A stretch of DNA of 64,000 nucleotides from Octopus sinensis (Eukaryota). Location: NCBI RefSeq assembly GCF_006345805.1, contig NC_043000.1, positions 151,032,001 through 151,096,000 on the forward strand, read 5' to 3'. Positions 1 through 12,571 of this stretch are shown one piece after another. Position numbers and translations under genes: made by a program. Positions within the stretch are counted from its first letter, which is position 1; each line of letters begins with the position of its first letter. Under the pieces are notes generated by a model. That model was not told where the DNA came from. It saw only the letters and a program-made list of their open reading frames with translations, and did no database searches.

Positions 1-154
1 TCTTTGAGTTTCCATCCACCAAATCCACTCACAAGGCTTTGGTAGGCCCGAGTCTATAGTAGACGACACTTGCCCAAGGTGCCACGCAGTGGGACTGAAC
101 CCGGAACTATGTGGTTGGTAAGCAAGCTACTTACCACACAGCCACTCCTGCGCC
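1..154 (-). mobile_element. tRNA-like SINE family 'A', 5' part (runs off window start)
   Basis: Reverse complement of GGCGCAGGAGTGGCTGTGTGGTAAG...GGTTCAGTCCC...AAACTGAAAGA, the head seen at 12572 and 24769; A-box and B-box-like motifs present. Confidence 0.9.
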
Positions 155-397
155 TATATATAGAACTTTGATAACTTTGATAGGTTTCGGCCCGTATAGT
201 CCCAGGCCATATCTAACTCAATAGCACCAGCACAGATAAAATTGCGTGTAATGACGTAATGTTATAGACATATACAATAAGTGCTCAAGTTGGTTTAACT
301 CCAATTTGAACTGCGACTAAACAAAAGTATGGTTGTAGCAGCCTACCAATGAATGGCTATAAGTAATTCATCATTGAGCGGGTAGATACACATTAGA

Positions 398-1170
398 AAG
401 AAAGAATGAATGAACAGGCAAAACATGTGGTATCACAACATGGAATTTTTGATTCAAATAAAATTGTAGAGTTGTTACAATGGAGTATTTAAAGTAAAAA
501 GTTATCTATAATAATAAAAGCGAAATTCTGTCTGTCCGTCTGGGACCCCTGTATCTACATTTGTTCTACATAAACATATTATACCATTTTGGAAACCGGA
601 ATGATCCTGGGATTGAAAATGTGCCCTTCATCTGATTCTTGAACATCCAGCATTGGGATCTGATTTAAAAGCATTTGGCCTGCTATTTCTAGCAGGTAAA
701 GCTGGACTGATTAACGCCATCTTGGTGGCGTTTGATTTTACGTTGTGGCAAATTGGCCAACAGTTGGAATTCAACTTGGGACGGGAACAATAAAATGACT
801 GCATTACAGAATAAATTCTCATCCAATCTTAACCCTTGATCAAACGCCACCGGGGCATATAGTCATTACATAGTCATGCTATTTATCTCTCTTTAGTTTT
901 GGGCCGCAGGTCAATTAGCCCTCTGCAGCGGCCAGCTTAAAATCCCCACGGATTGCGGCTTTTAAGCTAGTCATATATAAATAAGAGAGTAATAGGTTGT
1001 GCATAAACAAACTTGTTGCTCTCTTATGCATAGCTTACTACTTCCTTATTTATATATGATGTCTTTTACGCTGACAACTCTATTGTAATAACTCTACAAT
1101 TATGTTTGAGTTCATAATTTCATACGCTAAAGTGATACCACATATTTTTGCCTGTTCGTTCAGTCTTTCG
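398..1170. mobile_element. Foldback/MITE-like element with ~85-bp degenerate terminal inverted repeats
   Basis: 400-486 (GAATGAACAGGCAAAACATGTGGTATCAC...ATTGTAGAGTTGTTACAATGGAGT) is an imperfect reverse complement of 1077-1170. Confidence 0.65.
505..970 (+). mobile_element. Non-autonomous Helitron-like element
   Basis: Inserted between A and T; starts TCTATAATAATAAAAG...TCTGTCTGTC and ends CTAG; degenerate GC-rich hairpin just before the end; no TSD. Confidence 0.7.
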
Positions 1171-1270
1171 AATATATATATATATATGTGTGTGTATGTA
1201 TGTATGTATGTATGTATGTATGTATGTATGTATGTATGTATGTATGTATGCATGTATGTATGTATGTGTG

Positions 1271-1820
1271 TCAGATCCCTTTTGAGTGCTACTGGTAACA
1301 TGTAACCCAGTACAACCTGTTGCATGGTCGGGTCGTCGGCGACTAAACCGGCAACCCCACCAAGCTTGCTTGGTGAGGAGGGTGTTTATTGGACACCCTG
1401 CGGGATGAAAAACAAAACCCGTCAAAGGGCGGAGGAACTCTTGAGAGTCAACGGCCATCCAATAAATGTCTTATGGCTGTATCATGCGCGGGGACATAGA
1501 AATAATCGGACTGAATGCCCGATCGCGCGGTTAAACCATTGGGAGTGAAGGTCTCCTAGCCTTTGTTAGGGTATCCTTCTAGGAGAAGGTAACTCAGATA
1601 ACTGGGATAACTCCGATATAAAACCTGCGGCTCAGTGGTTACCGATGATGTTGATTTGTTCTTCTTTTCGGATTATGGCTGATGTTGCTTAGTGAGTGGG
1701 ATTGACTCAGTGCACAGCCTTTCCCCACTTAAAAAAATCTTCTTGCACAGGCATTGCACGATAACAACATTGATTAAGCTTTGTGCAATGGCCATACTCG
1801 ATAACGAGGGGGCAGCCACC
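1271..1820 (+). mobile_element. GC-richer non-coding retroposon-like island (probably derived from an RTE 5'UTR) inside (TATG)n
   Basis: Sharp composition change, flanked by (TATG)n on both sides, several stems, no ORF. The RTE link rests on recalled resemblance of the AAAACCCGTCAAAGGGCGGAGGAA motif only. Confidence 0.45.
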
Positions 1821-1923
1821 ATGTATGTATGTATGTATGTATGTATGAATGTATATGTATATATGTGTGTGTGTTTATACGCATATATTCATGTATATAT
1901 GTATATACATAAGTATACATACA

Positions 1924-1962
<39 letters not shown>

Positions 1963-2299
1963 GGATGATTCTTTCTTCTTTCACTTTTAGTTCGACATGT
2001 GTCAATCAGTCTGTCTATAATGAATAAGTGTGTCGCTCCTTCCGAAGTAATCTTGGGACAGCCAACGTAGATGTATAATGGCTAATATATACCAAGAACG
2101 AAGAAGTTGTTTCAAAACGAGAGGGTTAAGCATTGTCGGCCGTCGGAATACACTTGAACATCTCATTGAACTTTCGTGAAACAGGAAGCCATGGTAGTCA
2201 GCACAAACCGAACGTATTTAATTATATTCTATACCACGTAGTAAATACTTTTTACTCTTGTTCGTCATAAACAAAAACAGCATAGTCAGTCGCACACAC

Positions 2300-2479
2300 A
2301 GACAGACACACATTACATACATACTTACACACACACATACACACACATATACATACATGCATACATACATACATATATACATATATACATATATACATAT
2401 ATATATATATCAGGTGATATATACATACATACATATTTACATATATATACATGCATATATATTATATATATATATATAT

Positions 2480-2554
<75 letters not shown>

Positions 2555-2650
2555 CATATACATACTCACACATACACACACATATACATACATGCATACA
2601 TACATAATACATATATACATACATACATACATATATACATATATACATAC

Positions 2651-2699
<49 letters not shown>

Positions 2700-2705
2700 A
2701 TATAT

Positions 2706-2738
<33 letters not shown>

Positions 2739-2740
2739 TG
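2300..2740. repeat. Compound (TA)n/(CA)n/(TACA)n microsatellite
   Basis: Directly visible. Confidence 0.95.
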
Positions 2741-3402
2741 TAGCGATAGACATAAAATAGAATTTAACCTCCCACAGGGCAAAAGCAGTAAACACCAGTT
2801 TCAGTTTTTAATTGGACCCATTAATTTCGTTTGTATATCTCTGATGCCCTTGAGGAAAAACCACGTCCGACCTCGCATCACGAATTCTCACGATTCTACA
2901 AGATGGTGTATTTGTAAATAGCGAAAGAGAAATCAATATTTATCAATAAACTGATTGACTATGTTGAGTGTCGTAGAATTAGTGATGAACTATTTGTAAA
3001 GCGGGTTTGTTTGTTCGTTTTTCACTCACAGTCATTTTACTTCGTTATAAATCGGTAATAGTCTTCTCAGAGTAAACAAGTTCTTTTTCCTTCTTGCAAA
3101 AAAAAAAAATATATATATAAAGCGAACAAGCAAAAAACATAGAAACAATAATTAATTATGACGTCGATGTCTTAATTACTGCTTTTAGTTCCCCACTAAG
3201 CTTCAGTCCTATTCGAATATTTCACTGAGGACTACTCCAGTACATTCATATCTGAGACGGTATAAAAGACACGCAGAAATCTTAGTTCAATAAATAATAT
3301 GCGTTAAGAAAAAATTGCATTAACAGTTCTCATATTTTTTTCGCCTTTCACGCCTTATATATTTAATATTGCAATGTTTTTTGGGTTTTTTTAAATCAAT
3401 AT

Positions 3403-3801
3403 TGTGGTAAGTAGCTTGCTAACCAACCACATGGTTCCGGGTTCAGTCCCACTGCGTGGCATCTTGGGCAAGTGTCTTCTGCTATTGCCCCGGGCCGACC
3501 TATGCCTTGTGAGTGGATTTGGTAGACGGAAACTGAAAGAAGCCCGTCGTATATATGTATATATATATAAGTGTGTATGCCTTTGTGTGTCTGTGTTTGT
3601 CCCCCTAGCATTGCTTGACAACCGATGCTGGTGTGTTTACGTCCCCGTCACTTAGCGGTTCGGCAAAAGAGACCGATAGAATAAGTACTGGGCTTACAAA
3701 GAATAATAAGTCCCGGGGTCGATTTGCTCGACTAAAGGCGGTGCTCCAGCATGGCCGCAGTCAAATGACTGAAACAAGTAAAAGAGTAAAAGAGTAAAGA
3801 G
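3403..3801 (+). mobile_element. SINE family A, near full length
   Basis: Head, internal (TA)/(TG) tract, and tail ending GAAACAAGT(AAAAGAGT)n; near-identical to 24769-25175. Confidence 0.92.
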
Positions 3802-3879
3802 TATTCTCCTTAACTCTCTTCTACCACTGTACGAACTCACCACGGTTATATATTATCCATTTTTGTTTTTCGTTGCATT

Positions 3880-5160
3880 TAGCGGGTTAAAAATAAACTT
3901 CGCCCTGAACACTTTTCCATAGCAGCGTATTGGATCTATCGTCACTATTTCTACCATCTACCTAAGTAACCATGTCTACCATACTAACTTATCTTTATTT
4001 CCAACAATTGAAATGTGAGCGAGGTAGCCGTAAACCACTACCTACTTTAAATTTCCCTCTTCAGTAACAACCGGTACGGATTCGGAAGTTCCATATCTAC
4101 CAGAACCCTGCTTTCCTAAGTCACGTACAACGTGACTCTCTGTTATGAAGGTCAGCGAAAATAATGTTGTTGCTCTTAACATCAACAGAGCCTTTGAACG
4201 TCTCTGATACGAGGGTTTTCTGAAAGTAACTTTCCTCTGAACTCGAAATATCTCACAGAAGCTTCTTGTGAAAACTCTCTGTCTGTCTGTTTATCTGTCT
4301 GTTTATCTGTCTGTCTGTCTGTCGTCTGTCTGTCTGTCTGTCGTCTGTCTGTCTGTCTGTCTGTCTCTGTCTGTCTCTCTTTCTCTTTCAGCGTGCATCG
4401 ATACTGCTCTCTTCGAATGGTGAACTTCAGGCTTTAGTTATGTTTTCCAAATTCTTCCCTTTGTAAGTTAAGCACCGACTTGTGGCTACTTCTAACAACA
4501 CACATTTTAAAACGCCTCAAACCTATGGTCGTCATTCACTTGCAACTTCGATATGTCGCGACAGACGAGAAAAATTTTCTCGAACAGAGACATCATTAGC
4601 ATCTGCCATGGGGCCATGTCAACCTAATATTAAACCGAAAGAAAACGTAGTCGCAACACAAATCACACCGTTCCCGATGACCTCATAGCGACTATATATC
4701 TACAACATCTACATATTTTCTAAACGTGGCTTCCTCTTAAGCAATAAATTGCTTTAGCTCTGAAGAACTACCAACCCTGTACATTGCACAACAGTCTAAC
4801 ACCTTAGTGTACTCATCACATATCTAGGACAGCACTATTGCTACACGCACCCAAAACTGTTTGAGATCGCACACTCTGGTCAGAAACCAACCGAGTCACT
4901 TCCATTCAGTAAACTCTATCTGATGTACTCTATCCAACATGGCTTCTTTCTTTTTGACTCTTGTACCTCTTCTCCAATGGTTTCCGAGCTTCTGATCTAG
5001 CAAGCTGTGTATTTCCCAAACCCATTACAGCTGGTAATTCGCTTTTAGTAATTTTATCGCGCCTCAGTATCAAAACATTGTCCTAAGCTTTTCGCCAATC
5101 CTCCAGGGGCCCCTTCTATACCTACAATTGATCTAGAGCATCATCTAGTAGAAGTTTAAG
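3880..5160 (+). pseudogene. Decayed Jockey/CR1-group LINE reverse transcriptase and 3' end
   Basis: About 4060-4225 translates as FSNNRYGFGSSIST...VVALNINRAFERL*YEGFL, matching the RT QYGFR...ALDISKAFDRVWH blocks; interrupted by (TCTG)n, many stops. Confidence 0.65.
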
Positions 5161-5305
5161 TCAAACATTAACCAGATTAAAATTGCTAGTCAAGAAGAAG
5201 TATGCAATATCTTTGCGATATTTTCCCCCTCTTCAGACTAAAATATCTAAAATTCTAAATAATAGCTTGTCTGTTTTACATTAGTATTATTAGTAACATT
5301 AAAAT

Positions 5306-6056
5306 GCGGCGAACCGAGAAAAATACCTAGTGACTTTTCATCCGTCTTTGGGTTCTGAGTTCAAATTCCGCCAAGGTCGACTTTGTCTTTCATACTTTCG
5401 GCGTCGATAAATTAAGAACCAGTGAAACACTGGGGTTGATGTAATCTGCTAATCTTCTCCCTTCAAATTTCAAGCCTTTTGTAAAAAGGATTATAAATAT
5501 ATTTTTTATTTACGCGCCCTTTTCAAGCCTAGCCAGGCTCATGGGCCCGGTTTCCCGGTTTCTGTGGCGTATGTGTTCCCCTCAGCTGGACGAGACGCCA
5601 GTCCATTGCAGCGTTACCCAAGAAACAGGAAGAAAGAGTGAGAGAAAGTTGAGGCGAAATCGTACAACAAGGGTCGTCACCATCCCCTGCCGGAGCCTCG
5701 TGGAGCTTTCGGTGTTTCCGCTCAATAAATACACACAGTGCCCGGTCTCGGAATCGAAACCGTGATCCTCCGACCGCGAGTCCGCTGCCCTAGCCACTGT
5801 GCCATTGCGCCTCCAGAAAGGATTATAAGTCTCATTAAAAGGCGGTGAGCTGGCAGAATGGTTAGCACGCCGGGCGAAATGTTTCGCGGCACTTCGACCG
5901 TCTTTACGTTCGTGGTTCAAGTTTCGCCGATGTCCACTTTGCCTTTCATCCTTTCGTAGTCGATAAAATAAGAAACAGCTGGGCACTAGGGTCGCTGTAA
6001 TCGACTTCATTCCCCCCACCCCCAAATTGCTTATCTTGTACCAAAATTCGAAACCG
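5306..6056 (+). mobile_element. Two tandem SINE family 'C' units (Nin/Deu-like core) split by a SINE B insertion
   Basis: Core GTTCAAATTCCGCCAAGGTCGACTTTG...GTCGATAAATTAAG at ~5360-5420 and a related core at ~5915-5975. Confidence 0.85.
5497..5815 (-). mobile_element. SINE head 'B' with tail type 2
   Basis: Head GGAGGCGCAATGGC...GGTTTCGATTCC as at 40690 but with a different 3' half; TSD AAAGGATTATAA at 5485-5496 and 5817-5828. Confidence 0.9.
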
Positions 6057-6326
6057 TTATGAGTTCACATTAATTAGACAAGGTGAGATTCGAACTCAGA
6101 ATGTAAAAAGCACGTGGTCAATGTACTGAAAGGCAATTATGTCAGACTCTCTATCGTTTCAGCCATTTTCACCGTCCTAATTACATTTATTAACAGTTAT
6201 AATTTCAAACACGTCTGTTGTGCAAATTTTCATTTCTTGAATAAATTATCGTAAATTCAAGCGGATTTCTACATCGTTCGTATTTGAAGTGCGATGTTAA
6301 AATATTCAGTTCATTTTTCAAAAGAA

Positions 6327-6426
6327 NNNNNNNNNNNNNNNNNNNNNNNNNNNNNNNNNNNNNNNNNNNNNNNNNNNNNNNNNNNNNNNNNNNNNNNNNN
6401 NNNNNNNNNNNNNNNNNNNNNNNNNN
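6327..6426. other. Assembly gap (100 N)
   Basis: Run of N. Confidence 1.
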
Positions 6427-6559
6427 TTCATGTGAAAACCACTTTTTCAAGTTCAAGTCATTGATGCAATTTTATACCAATTGCTATTTTTACTTTTTTT
6501 TGTGTTCGATTAATTATATACTTTAGTTTTGATTTTAATTATTACTTACTACATATAAT

Positions 6560-6837
6560 TCAATTGTTAGTATTATTTTTATGTTAAAGTTAAGTATCTG
6601 ACATAAAATAGAGAAATGTTTTGTTTCACTTTTAACACGTAATACTGAAATAGTGGAGAAGATATATTGCTATGGGCTCGCTCTAGGCAAGATGTTGAAC
6701 ATTGTTTTGGCCATAAAACTACATGGACCCTAAGTAGAGGCATGTGTAAAATTTTAATGAAATTGGTTTGGTAGTTCTCAAGTTTTAGGGAAACACACAG
6801 ACAGACAGAACACCATTCTCAGTTTATATATATAAAG

Positions 6838-6838
<1 letters not shown>
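6560..6838 (-). mobile_element. Helitron-like 5' end
   Basis: Minus strand begins A|TCTTTATATATATAAACTGAGAATG...TCTGTCTGTCTGTGTG, the same style as 32988; 3' end not located. Confidence 0.5.
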
Positions 6839-6878
<40 letters not shown>

Positions 6879-7511
6879 TATATTATATATATATGTGCAT
6901 ACATAGATAGAAAGAGAGAGAAGTCATCTAAACAGAGATGTCGTTCGGTGGCTAGATAGACGCAACCAATGAAAGATAAGTGTAGTCAACACGTTTCATG
7001 GTGTTTATAGTACTGACAAACTGACAAAGATTCACATCACAGGAGTGTGAAAAACACACCAGGACGATATAAACATGCCAGACCGATATCATATAATATA
7101 TATATATATATATATATTAGTATTTCTAACAACGTTATTCAATACCAAAAGACAAATGTTATATATATATATACACTAGAGTTAACTTGCGATCATGACG
7201 CTGCTGCTTCTCTGTTATATTGAAAGATTATTTGTTGTATATTTTTGCATGTGATTAGTTGTGGGGGTAAAAGCAAAATACATCAAAATAAGGGTATATA
7301 CGATATAGGAATTGTTGAGGATCACGGGTGTGTAGGAATCCTTCGTGGTTGTAAACAGTTTTTTATTTTGTTGTTTAGCTTCCAGTTAGACCTGACGAAG
7401 CAGACCTAAGATGGAAACCAGCCGTTACCATTTGTCTTTTGGTATTGAATTACGTGTTAGAATTATTAATATATCTATCTTTTAAGGGTGCACACACACC
7501 ACATGCACGCA

Positions 7512-7551
<40 letters not shown>

Positions 7552-7721
7552 ACACACACACACACCAGCCGAAATTTCGAGGATGATCCGGTTCTTGACT
7601 GAGAATAAAAGGCTTCGAGTGACCCGTCCTTGTTTTTTTTTGTATCGTCATTCTGGATGTTTTGTTGTCCCTGTTTGTATCACCTAGTTGTCCGAATGTT
7701 TTGCGTTCTTGTCCCATTTTG

Positions 7722-7758
<37 letters not shown>

Positions 7759-7759
7759 A

Positions 7760-8080
7760 GACTCCGCCGGTTACGACGACGAGGGTCCCAGCTGATACGA
7801 TCAACGGAACAGCTTGCTCGTGAAATTAACGTGCAAATGGCTGAGCATTCCACAGACACGTGTACCCTTAACGTAGTTCTCGGGGATAATCAGCGTGACA
7901 CAGAGAGTGACAAGGCTGACCCTTTGAAATACAAGTACAACTCATTTTTGCCAGCTGAGTGGACTGGAGCAACGTGAAATAAAGTGTCTTGCTCAAGGAC
8001 ACAACGCGTCGCCGGGAATCGAACTCACAACCTTACGATCATGAGCCGAATGCCCTAACCACTAAGTCACGCGCCCTCAC
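7760..8080 (-). mobile_element. SINE head 'D' (TGTGTCCTTGAGCAAGACACTTT core) with tail type 1
   Basis: tRNA-like head with A/B boxes; the tail matches the tail of the B elements at 40690 and 42242. Confidence 0.9.
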
Positions 8081-8430
8081 TTATATATATATATATATAT
8101 ATATACAAGATAAGGGCAAAAGAAAAATTCTAATGCCAAATATGCCGAAAAAACAGACAAAAATTGTCAATAACCATTGTAATTTATGCGTCTCGAAACA
8201 AACCGATAGAAATTTCTAAAAAATCCGTTATGTATGATTGTTCAGTCTTTGCCGAACACCAGCACAAATTATTTGTTTTTAGTGATCAAATGTACGTGCC
8301 GTATTTTACCTGAACAGGTGCACGGTGTATCACGGTGTATCACGGTGTATCATGTGTCGAAATGGTCATAGAGCAACGTGAGATGAGGTGTTTTGGTCAA
8401 GAACACAACATACCGTCCGGTCTGGGAATT

Positions 8431-9430
8431 TTGTTCCACCCTTCTCACTCAACGTCAAGACTCGCGTGGGAAGAATATTCCTCAGGTTAGTAGACAAACA
8501 CTTCACGCAGACACACATGTACGGACGTTTGTTCAATCGGCACATGAAATGTATATTAGCAAACACCCATAAAACGCGGGAGGAGGCCGGTGGCCCTTTC
8601 AGAGGGCACAATGACTTCCCAGTGGTGGGGTGGGGCAATGCTAGGCTGAGAGATTTAGCTATGAAGTTGTGGTGATACCCAGACCTAGCGACCATATCAA
8701 TAGCAGCAACGGATCATCCAACAACATCGTCGGCAACAGCAGCAGCGACAGCGGTAGAAACATTAGCACTGACGCCAACGATCCCAACACCAGCAATACG
8801 GCGGGGGATGACGATCACATCGACACCAGCAGCACCAGCCAGGCTACCAGCTCCACGCCCAGTATTACCAGCGACGGCATCCACACCGCCATCGGCGACT
8901 GTACCGCCAACGCAACGGTAAGGGATGACCACCACAACGACAACATCCGCAGCGATATCACCAGACCCACGCCTCGCAATGATAACAGCACCGATGGCAA
9001 CGTCAGTAACACCAGCGGCAACAACATCTCCAAGCCCGGAGCCAACTGAAGATGCGCAAGAAATGTGAACACAACCAACACTCAAGCCTGTAAATATATC
9101 AGGTCAACCAGCACTGCCTTCAAGCGGCGCCTATACCACCACAAGTCTTCTTTCAGGATTCCGGAAAGACGATTCGTCATATCCCTGACAAACCAAGTGT
9201 GGCACCTCAAAGATGAAGCGACCACATATGATGTCAAGCGGAGGATCATAGAGCAGCGGGGATCCTACATTAATGGGATCGGACACTGCAAACTTTGCAT
9301 AGCTGAGCGAGCAAGGATCCTCAAAGACTCCCTGAAACCTGGATTACTAAACTCTCACCAGGATTTTACAGTCCCTGCATCCATTTCATACACACCTGCT
9401 GCAACTACGAAATTTACCATTCATTGATTA
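8431..9430 (+). pseudogene. Penelope-like retroelement 3' remnant (post-RT region, low-complexity linker, GIY-YIG endonuclease)
   Basis: PPFSLNVKTRVGRIFLRLVDKHF (post-RT motif); KYIRSTSTAFKRRLYHHKSSF...LTNQVWHLK...CKLCIAER...LLN (GIY-YIG, YIG decayed to YIR); frameshifted. Confidence 0.85.
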
Positions 9431-9847
9431 GACCCGCAAATTTTCTTACGAACTAAAAGCAGCCGAAGGGCGAAATTACCTGTTACCGGTTTTTAGAGCC
9501 AGATGAACTGGTCTAAGGGAGATAATCCGTCCCCTCCCCCGGATTGTTCATTCTTTGGTTACTTACTAACTGACTCTAACGGATTTCCACCTCCCAGAGT
9601 TGAAGAGTTACATACATACATATATATATATACAAGCATGTCGACGTTTTGAAATCACTGTCAAAATTTTATCAACTTAAGTAAATACAAATATTTGCCA
9701 AAATGAAAAGCAGAGGGGGTTATATCCTGAAGTACAAAATATACATATGTGTGAACGCATATATAAAGTCTAAGACAGTTGTGAATTTGCCATGTTGCGA
9801 ATAAATGAAAAGTTTTATTTTCATCATTTTGTCCAAACACACAAACA

Positions 9848-9926
<79 letters not shown>

Positions 9927-10029
9927 CATATAGTGAGAATATATAATTAAAAAAAAGAAAGAAAACGAAGACGTGTGTGTAAACAACACAAACAGATGTA
10001 TTAGTTTAACGCTAAGGAAGTGAGAAAGT

Positions 10030-10065
10030 CTTTTAAGTTTCGAGCCTACGCTCTTCAACAGAAAG
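10030..10065 (-). ncRNA. Degenerate minimal hammerhead ribozyme motif
   Basis: CTTT-CTGtTGA-A-GAGC[GTAG]GCTC-GAA-ACtT-A-AAAG; stems I and II intact, two substitutions. Confidence 0.55.
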
Positions 10066-10240
10066 GAACACAGAAATAAACAGAGAGAGAAAATAGAAAA
10101 AAGGTTTAGTGGCTAGCGAGCTATCAAAAAAAAAAAATATATATATATATATATATGTATGTATATGTGTGTATGAAAAGAAGAAAGAGATTATGAGAGA
10201 GTACCTTAGGAATGAGAACCCAGGTTCGAAATTTCCCCAA

Positions 10241-10286
10241 GACACCCGATGAAGGCTGGAGGGTATATCAGCCGAAACGTTGTGTT
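10241..10286 (+). ncRNA. Minimal type I hammerhead ribozyme motif (core U4>C)
   Basis: GACAC-CcGATGA-A-GGCTG[GAGGGTATAT]CAGCC-GAA-ACGT-T-GTGTT. Confidence 0.65.
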
Positions 10287-11200
10287 AACAACAAACAAGA
10301 TGAGGACAAATAGCTGTCAAATGTAAATAATGTAAATAATGTACCCTATCTAGGTTTAAATTATCCAATGTGACTTTACTTTAAAAAAAATAGTTGGGGA
10401 CTCCCTTTTTGGCTCGGTATGAGACAGAGCTAGTGATCCTTAAGTATCCTCATAATAAATGCAACGTGATGCTGGTGTCCGAATGCGAACATTCGTCCCT
10501 TTGTATATTTGAGACTCCAACTAAATGGCTACATACTCGTAGTTAAAATAAAGAATGAGATTCTAAATATAACGCTAAATAAGAACTGACAGCTCAATAA
10601 TTTTTTAAACACCCCTGGGAATATTTGGGACGAAAGTAGAGAATTCAGAAAAAGTGAAAAGTCTGTCTACGAGTATGTCGCTTTGTCTGGTTATCTGTCG
10701 GTCAATCTGTCCTTCACTTACTGCTTGTCTTCCACTTTAAAAAAAATAGTTTCCTTAACTGCTTTTTTTTTTTACTCTTTTGCGTTATTAATCATGGTTC
10801 ATCGAGAATGGCTAAAGAAACCAGATTAGCCTGGCAATTGAATGATTAAAGAAGTTGCAGAAAGCACGACATTTTACGACGAGGTTACGCAACGATATTT
10901 CCACGACAGTCGTCAAGTAGAATTAGAAACTTTCTTATTGACGACTTCGGACTGGCGAATAGATGGTAAAATGGCGTGGGTATTTCTGTAATGGAGATTG
11001 GTCGAAATTGTTATTAGCGTTGTTGTTGGAGAGTTGGATGCATAAGAAATAGAAGTGTACATTTGGGATTAGCGGTTGTCGTAAGGTATGTATGTGTGTA
11101 TGTATGTATGCATGTATGTATGTATGTATGTATATAAATATATATATATTTGTATATAATAGTATGAGTGAGTGTGTGAGTGTGTGTATGCATGCGTATG

Positions 11201-11236
<36 letters not shown>

Positions 11237-12176
11237 AACCCTCCTTCTTCCCTTCTTTCTTGAGCGTCCAATAATACTTTATTTGTTCCACATCCTTGCG
11301 TTGTTGTCTTTTTGTTTTCTTGTTTGGATTAACTTTATATATATATATACATATGTATATATATATATAACCTGCAGAACAGATTGAGCTGCGTAAGCAA
11401 ATAGCAAATAGGCATGACAAGGGACGTATGGTTGAAGTGAAGATTACAGACAGTAAAGACTAAATCATCAACAACGTGTAAAATATAGTGATTAAGTTTT
11501 ATATTGAATTCAGAACCCATCTTTGCACAAAGATTGATTTATTTACTTCACTGACATCTATAATTAAATTATGTCATTTATTCCTGTTATGGCTTCATAT
11601 TCTTCTGCAAAATCAGTGATGTGCCCTAGAAGAAAATCTAAATTATTCTTATATCAGTTAATTTAGCTGACAAGTAGAAATCACGTAAACGTATACTATC
11701 CAGAGAAAGATTTGTCATTTTGGACGACAGCGATAAAAATCATACTTACACATCACATACACAAATCTCGCTAGATTAGGGAAATCTTTCAAATGTATTT
11801 GCACTTTCCTTGACTTCATTTGTGCGTGATGTGTGCATGCTTGCCAAGGTAATTCCAAGTTTCTCCAATCAGGAACCGAAACCTGTAGTTATAGAATTAA
11901 TACCAGATTTACTACCGCACAGTACAAGGTAGTATCATTAATTTTCAAAGAAAGGAACATAAAATTTTCCGATTTCTACATAAATTTATGTAATTTTTTA
12001 GCGTATAGATGAATGAGTATCGAAAGTGATTGAAAGCTTATGGAATTTTTTTTTCCTTTTACGATTTCCAATTCGGCGTTTAATTTTCTAATGAATATTT
12101 GCTGCCACTGTTGATTTTGCTTTTCCTCTGAATGTCAGCAATCAATTGATTTCACTCTCGCTTTTCCAATAAAACA

Positions 12177-12416
12177 TGATTGTGCCTAAAGTTTTCCGAT
12201 ATCGACTTCCACGTTGAATTAGTTTAATTTGTAATTAAGCAATGAAAGATTTTTTTCTTCTCGAAGACTAATCATTAGATCTATTGACGATTATATGCAA
12301 CATCTGTCCGTCATTCTTGCAAGCAGCAGCTCCTCTTTTGATTTAAGCTCTCACAGCGATGATAAATAAGTAGTGAAAAAAAGTGTCACTAGATTTATTT
12401 TCACCGCCAAAAATAA
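12177..12416 (+). repeat. Direct duplication, copy 1 (~240 bp, partner 13849-14074)
   Basis: TGATTGTGCCTAAAGTTTTCCGATATCGA...TTTATTTTCACC(G/A)CCAAAA is shared, with scattered substitutions and indels. Confidence 0.9.
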
Positions 12417-12571
12417 TAACCGATCAAAGAAATGAAGGAAGGAAAATCTACCCCTTGAATTTTTCCAGAATATTTTCCTTAATTCTGTACATTTAGGTTC
12501 TTAATTCATGTATATTGGATAAGAGGGAATATATTTCTTATCCAGAAAATTATATACGTTCAGTTTATACT

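Noticed and set aside
8388-8430. N-terminus of the 95-aa ORF as the start of the Penelope protein
   Set aside because: 8372-8430 is a minus-strand SINE D-head fragment; PLE similarity starts at about 8431.
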